A stretch of DNA of 64,000 bases from Squalus acanthias (Eukaryota), in contig CM059431.1 in NCBI GenBank assembly GCA_030390025.1, forward strand, positions 105,154,001-105,218,000, in the 5' to 3' direction. The notes under the pieces were generated by a model. That model was not told the DNA's origin, searched no databases, and was given only the letters and a program-made list of their open reading frames with translations. This document shows, one piece after another, positions 24,721-36,620 of the stretch (position 1 is its first letter; each line of letters opens with the position of its first letter). The position numbers and the translations under genes are program-made.

Positions 24721-25289
24721 GTACTCACTTCATATTATTAAAGACCTAGTAATCTCAAACCATGCAGCAGTGATGCTAACGAACAATAACTTTAAAGACA
24801 GACAGCTGGAAGCAGGTCTTCATTAGTCTACTCCAAGTTACAGTTGCTAGTTGAGCTCCCCACCTGCTATACAATTTACTTTACAGGAGAGCAGCCTTAC
24901 ACTTTATTTTACAAGATAGTATAGATCAGCGACCTTACATCCAAAGGAGGACTAATCTGCAGGATCGCGTACATAGATGGTACTTACTGTCCAATAATGT
25001 GGTGGCCAGGTTAGCATCTCTCTTGAAGCTGGACAAGCCTGGAAGGGTTGTTTAGACTGACTTTTTCCGTGTCTTTCTGTAGATGTCTCAATTTTTACTT
25101 CTTGGCTGATCTCCGGGCTGCTCCATCACAGATGTTCCTGAGGCTCTCTTCCTCTCTCAATGGTTTTCAGGGCATTTTACACATCTGGCCGCATTTAGGA
25201 TTTCTTCCACCTCTTGGCTGTGAGACACGCAGACGCTCGGGGCTACCTTTTCCAACCATTGATTCAAAAACAAATAACACCTCCACCTC

Positions 25290-25532
25290 CAGGTTCACCC
25301 TCCGAGTCACACACCATCCTGACTTGGAAGTATATCGGCCGTTCCTTCATCGTCGCCGGGTCAAAATCCTGGAACTCCCTCCCTAACAGCACTGTGGGAG
25401 AACCTTCACCACACGGACTGCAGCAGTTCAAGAAGGCGGCTCACCACCAGCTTCTCGAGGGCAACTAGGGAATGGGCAATAAATGCCGGCCTTGCCAGCG
25501 ACGCCCACATCCCGTGAACGAATAAAAAAAAA
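25290..25532 (+). mobile_element. Non-LTR LINE 3' end (CR1/Jockey group, Zenon-like)
   Basis: SHTILTWKYIGRSFIVAGSKSWNSLP...FKKAAHH, then AATAAA and poly-A; same family as 33145-33750. Confidence 0.8.
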
Positions 25533-26307
25533 TCCAGCCCTGTGTGTTCAGAGTCTGTATACCGACTATGAAGAATTGACATCTCTGTGAAAATTCATAT
25601 TTTTTGACTTATAATTGCAGTTTTCCAACCGTAAATACTTCTCCATGTGTAATTCTAAGCTGTTTTTATTTAGTTACTCAAGGAACTGGCTCCTTTTGTA
25701 AACTCTGCCATAGTCTACAGTTGACCAGTTAGGAATGCAAAGTGCAATTGAGGAATTAGCCCGCAGTGCGTGAGAGGCAGACAGTTAATTCTAAGTGTAT
25801 GCTGCCAACAGAGCTGTGAATTTGCACTTAAGGTGTGTGTTCAGCAAACTTTGTTGAAAAAAAAAATCTCTCCTTATTTAAAAACACGACAGGAATTCAA
25901 CATTTTATTAGCTGAACAACTTAACACCTTTCTCTTCCTGAAATTAAAATTGTTATGGCTTTTAAAGGGGCACTGTCTTCGTGAAACAGCATTCGACAAA
26001 AACATTTTTTATTCGTTTGTGAACCCGCCGTTTGCAAATTCACAGGCATCACATCAAAGAAATAATACGCAAGTCTCTCCTGGCTTTTCAACCGTTGTCA
26101 AACAAAACCACGGGTGTTACCGAACACTCCCTGATGCCAACCAGGATTCATAAGGCTGATGACTGCTGGTGACGGGATGAAGGAAGCAGCAAATTTGACC
26201 GCTATTTAATGGGATTCTCCATGGAGGTTTGAAACCAGCTGGTTCCAGTTTTCAGTAATGTCCCCAAAGGCAACGATAACTGAGCAAAATGTAAAACTAG
26301 AACATTG

Positions 26308-27972
26308 AAAAAAAAAGAAAGACTTGTATTTATATAGCGCCTTTCATGACCTCAGGACGTCCCAAAGCGCTTTACAACCACTGAAGTACTTTGTTGAAGT
26401 GTAGTCACTGTTGTAATGTAGGCAACGCGGCAGCCGATTTGCGCACAGCAAGCTCCCACAAACAGCAATGCGATAATGACCAGATCACCTGTTTTAGTGA
26501 TGTTGATTGAGGGATAAATATTGGCCCCAGGTGTAAGGTTTCCAAAATTTGCAGATCCCCAAAACCTAAGGAAAAAGGACTTTGGAACTACCCCAGAGTG
26601 ATAAAAATGCATTTGGGCCTAACAGAAGGAATTTAAGATCAAAAACCAAGTTTTGGCATTTTAAAAGACATGTCTGGACCTGTAAGGGAGAAAAGGCTGC
26701 GCAGGAGGTGGGCTCGACCTCTGTAAATAGCAGTTTTGGGTATTGCAGTTAAATTGCATTGTCTGGGGAATCGGGATGACCTCATTCAAGCCCCAGCAAG
26801 CATTAATATTTTGACAATAGACCCTAGGAGAAGACAGTCTCATCCCATCAAAAACCAATCAGCCAAGAAGATCGACAGGATGCAAACCATCCCAAAAAAA
26901 AAACCATTTGACACTTACAGAACCCATTAAAGACATGCATAAAGATAGGAGTCCTAGGCCCAGCAAGAAACCCAAAACATGAGGAAAATGCAAACTCCGA
27001 TTAAACAACAGATCGACAGGATGGAGCTATCTGGAAACCACTTCACACATTTACAAAACCAGTTAACACACTAGTAAAGTCGTTACTGTTAACAAGGTCT
27101 TACAATGACCAGGATTTGATTTGGTTTTGACAAGGCCACTTCAATTTAGTATAATTGAAGGCCCATCAAACAGTTACAGCTCAAGTTCAACAGAAGGCAG
27201 TTCTGCAGTTCAATCGAAAAGCCTATTTTCAGCAAGAAGTCAGGGCTGGAGTTACAGAATTCAGGACAAGCAGGCAGAAGGCAGTTTCCACAGTTCTGCA
27301 AGAAGGCAGTTCCACAGCTCGGAAGAAGACAGTTTTAAACAGAGGCAGAGTTACAGCAAGAAGTTCAACATAGAAGGCCAACAACTTCACAAGCAGACCG
27401 ACACGCAAGAAGAAACCAGAGCGACTGCCTCAGTGACCATCGGACACCTCGCGGCAACAAGGGCCTTACGAAACCTTTTACTCAAAAGACTCTAAACCCT
27501 AACTCTCAACTGTCAAGGATTCGTTTGGTGAGCATTATCCCTGGTTCTCCAGAGTCCAACCTAGCTAGTGAAGTGGGATTGGGAGGGGTGAAGTATTCTT
27601 CTAATGTTATTTCCCTTGCTTGTACCGAAGTGTTCCCCACCTTTAGAGTGATAAGAGTGTTTGTGTTGTGTTTTACTTCCTTGAATAAAAGTCAAAGTTC
27701 TTTCATCAAACCTGTTGTCTGCTGCACCTTTGTTCACGACCCCTAAATAAGTCCAAGGTCTAGAACCGGGGGTGTGGGAGCGATTCGAACCGCTCACTGA
27801 GTCAGAGGTGAGGCTGACCCCTACCACACCACCACCTACACAGGACACCGGGGATATCTCCCCTGCTCTTTTTCAAAATAGTGCCATGGGATCTTTTATG
27901 TCCACCTGAGAGGGCAGATGGGGCCTCGGTTTAAACGTCTCATCCGAAAGACGGCCCCTCCGACAGTGCAGC
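26308..27972 (-). mobile_element. Deu-domain SINE split by a solo LTR
   Basis: AATATTGGCCCCAGG joins ACACCGGGGA across the LTR. Confidence 0.85.
26532..27840 (+). mobile_element. Solo LTR (1309 bp), family A, 4-bp TSD CAGG
   Basis: TGTAAGG...CCTACA flanked by CAGG on both sides; 5' and 3' ~300 bp homologous to 2557-4146. Confidence 0.9.
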
Positions 27973-28649
27973 AAATGGGCAAGATATGCATGATAAATGG
28001 CGCGTCTAAAATTGCAGATCCACAGTGCTCCATTATTAGCGGTGTTAAGACTTAATGCCAATACTAATCTACAGCATATTAAATCTTCATCCTGTGCATC
28101 CCATAATCAGATCGGTTAAAGGAAAACACCTCATTCGGAACATAGGTGATTGCCTCCTTACCTCAATGCCTTAAGATATCCATTCATAACTCACCCTGAC
28201 ATTGTCCCTTAACACTTGTATTTGCCTGAAACTTTCAGCCCAGTATAAGAAATGCTACATATGCCTATATTCCTTATGCGTATGCAATATTCCATCAGTA
28301 AATTCAACCTACACCGTGTCTAGACGCTATCGTAAAGTTTCAATTCAGTTTAAATTGTCGGATAATCTTTTTTCTTTCTGTTTCTCACGTAGCTGGAAAT
28401 TACTTGGTGAAGAAAACATTCCTCCAAGTATTTCAGCGCTCTGGGCATCCTCAAAACAGTCAAGGTCACTATTGCCAGAAAAATGGTTGGAAGCGCCCCA
28501 TATTGCAGTATTAAGGCATTTTGTATGCCATGCATCAAAAGCCCTCAGATATAATCAGCGTTGCTGGAGAGGGCAAGGGCCATATATTGGACTGTTCATT
28601 CAATGGTGCATTGCTGCCTATTGAACGGAAATTTTAACTTTAACGTTTT

Positions 28650-29075
28650 TTAATTCAGTCTTGGGATGTGGGCGTCGCTAGCAAGGCTGGCATTTATTGC
28701 CCATCCCTAGTTGCCCCTTGAACCGCTACAGTCCGTGTGGTGAAGGTATTCCCAACAGTGCTGTTGGGCAGAAAGCTGTAGGATTTTGATCCAGCGACGA
28801 TTCAGCCCAACTGGTCTATGCCGGTGTTTATATACTCCACACGAGCCTCTTCCCACCCTACTTCATCTAATCCTATCAGCATATCCTTCTATTCCTTTCC
28901 CCCTCATGTGTTTATCCAGCTATCCCTTAAATGCATCTATGCTATTCGCCTCGACCAAGCCCTGTGGTAGCGAGTTCCACATCCTAACCACTCTCTGGGC
29001 AAAGAAGTTCCTCCTGAATTTCCTGTAGGATTTATTAGTGACATTTTTATATTTATGGTCCCTAGTTTTGGACTC
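28650..29075 (-). mobile_element. Zenon-like LINE tail (28650-28800) adjoining a CR1 3' fragment (28800-29075)
   Basis: GGGATGTGGGCGTCGCT tail; CR1 3' region matches 10012-10300. Confidence 0.75.
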
Positions 29076-30489
29076 CCCCCGCCCCCATTATTCTATTAAC
29101 GCGTCGCCCACCAGCACACAATCATGCAGGTCAGTGCCCGGTTTCTTATCAACGTCCAGAATGCTTTTACTTTGCACCAATTATCTGTTCCTACCTTATT
29201 TGAAGAGGAAGGATGGGTAGAAAGATGGCTCTCAGGGCCACCCTCTGCAACCTTCGCTAATGATAGCAATTTACCGACCGTGGACAGAAGTAGAAACCAG
29301 ATGGAATGAGGCTCACGCTCCCACCAGGATCATTCGAGGACGTACCATCGGGGCTTCAGAGCTATTGACAGAACAGGAGCGCAGTGCATTTGCAGCCCAT
29401 TGCTTAGGCCTCAAGAGTCATACTCGTCTGCTGCATGCTGTACATCCTTGCTTTGCAAAGGAACTTTAGAACAGAGCAAAAAAGGAACAGAATCTCAAAG
29501 CCATGCCAGAGCTTGGGGAGGGGTGGGGGAAGGGGGTGATAATGAGGAAGTAACTGCTCAAATATCAATGCAGATCAGAAGCACCAGCCATTGATAGAAG
29601 GCACATTCCAATAAGCGCCTGAGCTGCCCTACTTCTGAAACCTACTCTCCGCACCTGTAAGCTAAATTGTCCCGAGAGACCCGATAAACTGTCCGAGGAC
29701 TTCTTCAGCCTCACTTTCTGCATCTTCTAGGGTATGTTCAGCTGCGCTGGTGCTTGGCAGGATGCGGTCGCAATTCCACCTTAACTCGGCGACGCTGTCT
29801 GTGCCTTCACGCTGTTCCTTCATTCCCGAGAAAAAAAAAAGTGAAATCCCAGGTTGTGTACCATTCTGGCAGGAAGAACGCACTGCGGGAGATCCCAACA
29901 ACTTCGAGCACGCAGCCGTTCTCACCAGAAGTTCAGCTCTTAAATACATCCGGCCCTCACAGCAGGCTGCCTGCGGGAGCTCACAAATATTCGAACAAGA
30001 ATTGTCAAGTGCTGCTGCAGAAGCCGCTCCTTGCATTTAAATGAAGCGAAGGGAAGAGGATTGAATCCGTAAGCTATTGCCGTACCATGGAGGGTTGCAG
30101 ATAGGACGCGAGCCTATTCACAGATGAAGCCCTCGAGGGGCCGATTGCATGTCACAAGTTGCCGAGAGCTTCTTGAGGCATTGTAGAATTAACAATTTGG
30201 CAGGGAAAGTTAGTAGGATCTATTATAGTTGAATTAGTGCACCGACCAATGTCAGGGAAGGTGTGTTTGACCTCTGCACGGTGCCGATGCAGAGAAAACA
30301 TAGGGCGAATGGAGCATTTAGGTGAAGTTCTCGTCTCCGACAGCCAGCTGTATGGCTCTAGCTGCCTGCAAAGACGGTTCAGCTTGAAATTTTTTTTTTG
30401 GTTCCTTGTCTTTGTCTCGCTCAACGAGGTTGTGGATGTATGTATTTCGCACTTACCTGCTCCATGGTTATATTTCTTTTGATGGCAAA

Positions 30490-31570
30490 TTTTGGAGCAC
30501 CCCACTGTGATCTTGTAGAGGTTGGCGGGGCTGTATTGCAAGATGAGTTCTGAGCTGTCTGGATATCTGAAGCATGGGCCTCATTGTATCTGTACCCTGC
30601 TGCTGTTCAAGCTGATCTCAGAGGTGAAAGCAGCTGGCATTCAGGAAGGGTAGCCTAAGTCTCCTTGGAACCAAACTTGCACTCGATTTTGTGGCTTGAA
30701 TAGTCCAGGCAACATTGGCTGCCGCGCTTCCTACATTACAACAGTAACTACACTTCAAAAAGTACTTCATTGGCTGTAAAGCGTTTTGGGACGTCCGGTG
30801 GTCATGAAAGGCACTACATAAAGTGCTGGTTAGGCCACAACTGGAGTACTGCATCCAGTTCTGGTCACCACACTTTAGGAAGGATGTGAAGGCTCTTGAG
30901 AGGATGCAGAGGAGATTTACCAGAATGGTTCCGGTTTATGGGGGATCTTAGCTACAAGGACAGGTTGGAGAAGCTGGATTTGTTTTCATTAGAGCAAAGG
31001 AGATTGAGGGGTGATTTGATAGAGGTGTACAAGATTATGATGGGTTTGGAAAGGCTAGACGGGGAAAGGCTGTTCCCACTACTTGATGGTACAAGGACTA
31101 GGGGACACAGATTTAAGGTTTTGGGCAAGAGATACGGGGGGACATGAGGGAAAACTTTTTTACGCAGCGAGTGGTGAGGACTTGGAATTCGCCACCGGCG
31201 GAAGTGGTGGAAGCGGAGACACTCAATGTTTTCAAGGGGAGACTGAATAGGCACGTGAGGGAAATAAACTTGCAGGGCTACAGGGATAGAGCGGGGGAAT
31301 GGGACTGACTGGATTGCTCTACAGAGAGCCAGCACAGACTCGATGGGCCGAATGGCCTCCTTCTGTGCCATTATGACTCTATAAATGCAAGTCTTTCTTT
31401 TTCTTTTTCTTTTTTCATTCATGGGATGTGGGCGTCGCTGGCAAGCATTCATTGCCATTGTCTGCCTTAATATGAAGGCGTCGTGGCTGCTGTTTGGGAT
31501 GCCAGTTGTCCATGGCGAAAGTCCTAAATTGTTTGCTCTGCTGAACAATGCATCATAAAGGAGAATCATT
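30490..31570 (-). pseudogene. Old Harbinger transposase relic split by SINE, CR1 and LINE-tail insertions (30710-31455)
   Basis: [15 protein letters not shown] at 31460-31505 continues below 30710 as PGLFKPQNRVQVWFQGDLGYP...YNEAH...LQYSPANLYKITVGC, collinear with the transposase at 37127-37600. Confidence 0.75.
30815..31380 (+). mobile_element. CR1 3' fragment inserted in a Deu-SINE tail
   Basis: Near-identical to 20890-21450; the SINE tail resumes as ATAAATGCAAGTCTTTC at 31381. Confidence 0.88.
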
Positions 31571-31837
31571 GACAAACCTGATAAGAGTTCTTTGAGGAAG
31601 TGACAGATATGCTGGATGGCGGACAGATATGATGGATGGGGGAAATGCAGTGGATGTGGTGTATATGGACTTTCAGAAAGCCTTTGACTAGGTACCGCAC
31701 AGGAGACTACTAGAGAATATTAAAGGGGTATGAAATTAGCGGAAGGATAGAAAATTGGATTAAAAACCAGTTAGAAGGGAGGAAACAGAGCGTAGGAGTT
31801 CTGGCCAAATGATCACAAGTGGGTAGCGACATCCACC

Positions 31838-32153
31838 ACAGAATCACAGAATCCCCACAGTGCAGATAGAGGCCATTTCGGCCCATCGAGCCTGCACCGA
31901 CACATATCCCACCCTATCCCCATAACCCCACGTATTTAATCCCCCTAACACTAAGGGTCAATTTATCATAGCCAAATCAACCTAACCCGCACCTCTTTGG
32001 ACTGTGGGAGGAAACCGGAGCACCCGGGAGGAAACCCACGCAGACACGGGGAGAATGTGCAAACTCCACACAGACAGTCACCCGAGGCCGGATTCGAACC
32101 CGGGTCCCTGGCACTATGAGGCAACAGTGCTAACCACTATGCCACCGTGCTGC
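31838..32153 (-). mobile_element. HE1-type V-SINE with CR1-derived tail
   Basis: Head GGCAGCACGGTGGCATAGTGG...GGTTCGAATCC; V-domain TGTGTGGAGTTTGCACATTCTCCCCGTGTCTGCGTGGGTTTCCTCC; tail ATTCTGTGATTCTGT. Confidence 0.9.
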
Positions 32154-32609
32154 CAGTGTTCGGTTTTGGAATCCCTTCTGTTCACATTATTGATTGCATA
32201 CCTCAATGATTTGGATATAGGGGGTTGAGTTTCCTGTGTATTTGTACCCAGAGACACCTGTAATTTGGGCGTAAAGCAAATATCTGGTGTATCGATCCCT
32301 GGGCCCGAATTCACCTTCGCTCATTATAATGGCTGAAAGAGTCGTGCAGGCAAATTTCCTGTAATTACGCTGCATCAAGATGGATGCTAAGTTAAGCCCA
32401 GAATTTTAGGTGCAACAGGAAACAAAATTATTTTTCTGGTGTTTTATTGCAATTTTTTTGAGCGTTTTAAAAAAATATATTTTTTTTTATTTATCCTCAC
32501 TGAGAACCTAATCCTTATTTTCTGCTTCTTTGAATGCATTTTTATGGCATCAGTATAAGTCACATTAAAAACTGAAATGCTTCCATGATTGCCTGTTTGT
32601 AAACACGCT

Positions 32610-32782
32610 GGGATAGATCTCGACTTTGTACGATCGTGTCAAACGGGTGATAGCAAAGCGGCAACCCGTTTCACATCTCTCCCAATGACTTCAATAGAAA
32701 TAGAAATTGGGAGAGATGTAAAACAGGCTGCCGACTCACGATCACCCATTTTACCTTAGCGCATAAACTCAAGATCCACCCC
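32610..32782. mobile_element. Palindromic hairpin MITE, probable 3-bp TSD GCT
   Basis: Long imperfect inverted arms (GGGATAGATCT...AGATCCACCCC; CATCTCTCCCAAT/ATTGGGAGAGATG). A degraded half copy lies at ~34190-34283. Confidence 0.7.
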
Positions 32783-33144
32783 GCTGTGTCTAACGTACAT
32801 GAATGATAGCTTGAAACTTTAACCTTCAGACTTGAAGAAATATATGGTGCCGGATGGGCGTTTCCCTCAAGCCCTAATTATTCTATGCTGACTTCCACTT
32901 GTTTACAACCATCTTTACATTCCGGCGTACGCTAATGAGATTGGCAGGAAATATGGGTCCATCAGCAAAATGGGCGCCCAAACGTGTAACTTCCCAACTA
33001 CATGTGTCCGCCCCCCCCCGCCCCCCCCACCAACAGGAAATTCCACCCTCGGGGCACAGGGAGTGGTGTCCAAATTTGAAGATGACACGAAAATAGGAGG
33101 CATAGGAAATAATTCTCAGGATGCTGCAAGGAAATATTAATAAG

Positions 33145-33750
33145 CAGGTCAGAGGCTAGGTATTCTGCAGCGAGTGTCTCATTTCCTGACTCCCCAAAGC
33201 CTTTCCACCATCTACAAGGCACAAGTAAGGAGTGTGATGGGATACTCTCCACTTGCCTGGATGAGTGCAGCTCCAACAACACTCAAGAAGCTCGACACCA
33301 TCCAGGACAAAGCAGCCCGCTTGATTGGCACCCCATCCACCACCTTAAACATTCACTCCCTCCGCCACCGGCGCACCGTGGCTGCAGTGTGTACCATCTA
33401 CAAGATGCACTGCAGCAACTCGTCAAGGCTTCTTCGGCAGCACCTCCCAAATCCGCAACCTCTTCCACCTAGAAGGACAAGGGCAGCAGGCGCTTGGGAA
33501 CACCACCACCTTCAAGTTCCCTCCAAGTCACACAACATCTTGACTTGGAAATATATCAGTCGTTCCTTCATCGTCGCTGGGTCAAAATCCTGGAACCCCC
33601 AACCTAACAGCACTGTGGGAGTACCTTCACCACACGGACTGCAGTGGTTCAAGAAGGCGGCTCACCACCACCTTCTCAATGGCAATTAGGGATGGGCAAT
33701 AAATGCTGGCCTTTCCAGTGACGCCCACATCCTCTGAACGAATATAAAAA
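33145..33750 (+). mobile_element. Non-LTR LINE 3' fragment (CR1/Jockey group, Zenon-like)
   Basis: IYKAQVRSVMGYSPLAW...LDTIQDKAARLIG...SLRHRRTVAAVCTIYKMH; AATAAA plus A tail. Confidence 0.85.
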
Positions 33751-34282
33751 ACATATAATGGAATGGTCAAAGAAAATGTGGCAGACGGAATCCAATGTCA
33801 GTAAATGTGGTACATTTGGGTGAAAAAAAATGCAAGTAATATACTTGTAACGGGGGAAAGTTGGGTGATGTGGAATAGCAGAGAGATTTGGAGGTCCAGA
33901 TTCACAAGACATTAAAAGCAGCACCTCAAGTGGATAAAGAGACCACAAGTATTGTACAGTTTGGGGTTGCACACTGCAGGAAGGATGTAGGAAGGAAATT
34001 GCACAGATATACTAAGATGCTGCCTGGAATGCGGAAATGCAGATACAAAGAAAGACTTGAACAATTGGGGATGTTTTAGTCAGAAGAGAGGAGATTAAGG
34101 GGTGATTCGATAAAGATGTTTAAAATTATGAAGGAATAGGATGGAGTAAATGAAATCAGACTGTTTCCAATGACGAGCAGGGACCCAGACAAAGATTTAC
34201 TTGTTCGACACTGTTTAACGGGTGATAGTCAATCAGCAGACAATTCTACATCTCTTCCGATGCCTTCAATAGAAATAAAAAT

Positions 34283-34715
34283 CCGTCTTTCGGATGAGAC
34301 GTTAAACCAAGGCCCCGTCTGTCCTCTCAGGTGGATGTAAATGATCGAACAGCGCGATTGGAAGAAGAGCAGGGGAGTTCTCCCCGGTGTCGAGCCAATA
34401 TTTAACTCTCAACCAACATCAGTAAAAATCAGATTATCTGGTCATCATCTCATTGCTGTGTGTGGGAGCTTGCTGTGCACAAATTGTCTGCCACGTTTGC
34501 TACATTACAACAGTGACTACACTTCAAAAAGTATTTCATTGGCTGTAAAGCGTTTTGGGAAAGTGGAGATGAGGTAGAAGATCAGCCATGATCTTATTGA
34601 ATGGCGGAGCAGGCTCGAAGGGCCAAATGGCCGACTCCTGCTCCTATTTCTTATGTTCTTATGGGACGTCCTGAGGTCATGAAAGGCACTATAGAAATGC
34701 AAGATCTTTCTTTTA
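34283..34715 (+). mobile_element. Deu-domain SINE (headless) carrying a ~100-bp CR1 tail insertion
   Basis: Deu core present; CR1 tail (TTCTTATG) at ~34560-34662 interrupts TTTGGGA|CGTCC. Confidence 0.75.
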
Positions 34716-35647
34716 TTAAACCTAAGAGATTTATGATAGAGAGTAGCAGAACAATTTTTACTCAGGGGGTTGTGAGGTGGTGGAATGTATGACCAGGGTT
34801 AGTGATTGAAGCAAGGATCACGTCAACATTTAAGAATAGGTAAGGTAAGTGGTTGAAGAATCAGGGGCTAAAAGGATGTGGAACAAGGCACAAGGAGTAT
34901 TGCTTGTGTGAAGGATAAACACGAACATGGACAGATTGGGATGAACAGCCTAAATAAGTCTCTGTAAAAAGTCATCCGCTTGATACATCTGTGAGCTGCA
35001 GGTTGACTGATGTTCTCTGAGGCAGATTCAACTACCACAAGACCTGAAGGTTCAAGGCTGTGAGGACCTGGCGGCCTCTAGCAGTGCTTTCCCCGTGGCG
35101 GAGTTGGCTGAAGGTCAGTTTCCAGGAGATGACACAATTTTGTCTCTTTCCTTTCAGCTAAAGCGCAACCTGCAAAGCTAACTTTGCTCCGATCTGCTCC
35201 TAAGTAGCTCTGCCTCTGCCTATAGATACTGGCTGGTGATTTATCACTCATACAGGAGACACTGACAGAGACTGGAGATACCCATGGCTGAACTGGATAG
35301 AGAATCTTGTGAGCTAGCTAGTGCCCACAAAGAAGATTTATAGAGGAATACACACAGAGGAAAAATACATAAATATAAAATGTACCCTCAGCTATATCAT
35401 ATTTTCTGAAGCACAACTACATTACAAGTAAAGTCTTCCTTGTTATGTCATGGACCTAGGATGAGAAAAGGCCATCAGGCCCATACTTTCATTATTAAAA
35501 TCCCCACCATCATTTGTCACAACCAAGATTCACGTCTCTTCATGAATATGGGAAGAAAAAATAATGATCGCTGTGTACCACAGTGCAAAATATCCTTGTT
35601 GAATTTAATGTCAGTTTGTTGAAATACAGCATTATATCTCACATGCC

Positions 35648-36042
35648 AGCCGTGGCTCAACGGGTAGCACACTTGCCTCTGAGTCAGAAGGTTGTGGGTT
35701 CAGAGGTGTTGTTTTTCAGATGAGACGTTAAACCGAGGCCCCGTCTGCTCTCTCAGGTGGATGTAAAAGATCCCACGGCACTATTTTGAAGAAGAGCAGG
35801 GGAGTTATCCCCGGTGTCCTGGCCAATATTTATCCCTCAACCATCCTCACTAAAAACAGATCATCTGGTCATTATCACATTGCTGTTTGTGGGAGCTTGC
35901 TGTGCGCAAATTGGCTGCCGTGTTTCCCACATTGCAACAGTGACTACACTTCAAAAGTACTTCTTTGGCTGTAAAGTGCTATGGGACGTCCGGTGGTCAT
36001 GAAAGGCACTGTAGAAATGTAAGTCCATCTTTCTTTTCTTTC
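35648..36042 (+). mobile_element. Deu-domain tRNA SINE with an internal deletion
   Basis: Head, core and tail present. Confidence 0.85.
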
Positions 36043-36620
36043 TAGATAAGGCTGGTTTCACCACGGTGTAATAACATTGGAGTCTGCTACTCGTTTACAT
36101 ATCAACAGGTAATAAGTTAAACACCAAGAGGGAAAAATTCGGTTGGTTAGCGCCTCCCGTTAGCGCTTCCAGTGGATGCTAACAAGGCGCTAACTACTTA
36201 CCGCCCGCGCGCGCCAATTTTAGTGCCGCCCGCGAAATTGACCTGGCGGTTTGCGGTGGCGCTAAACACTATCGCCATGATCTCCTGCACCCGGGGATCA
36301 TGACGTCATCGAAGCGTGCAACGCCCCGGTCGCGCCCCAGACCGGAAATTGATTCTCGCCCCCTGCCTTAGCGCCTGCTGCAAGGAACAACAGGTAAAGG
36401 GGGACAGTTTGCAGTCGACTGGGAGCTGGGGGAGCGCTATTTAAAGGCGTGCGCTTCCTGCTTTTTCCTGTCAGCAAAATATTCTGCATACGTAGGTTGA
36501 GAGAGGGAGAGAGGCGTCTGGAGACATTTAACGCTGCCCTACAGGGAATTTTGTTCCCCACCAACACTTTTCAGGTTCCCATTTCTGTCAGCTTTATTAC
36601 TACCATATTTAGAAGATTAA

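Larger units (their letters stand above)
31570..34950 (+). mobile_element. Old CR1 RT-to-3' copy fragmented by nested insertions
   Basis: Collinear pieces 31570-31835 (VDVVYMDFQKAFD), 32155-32225 (YLNDLD), 33050-33143 (SKFEDDTK), 33752-34190 and 34720-34950. Confidence 0.7.

Noticed and set aside
27160..27400. AGAAGGCAGTTC repeat array as a CRISPR-like array
   Set aside because: Units are short, degenerate and irregularly spaced, and lie inside an LTR
28385..28470. Splice acceptor followed by WKLLGEEN...YFSALGI, reminiscent of a fatty-acid-binding protein N-terminus
   Set aside because: Needs frameshifts, no matching donor or later exons were found, and the match is short enough to be chance
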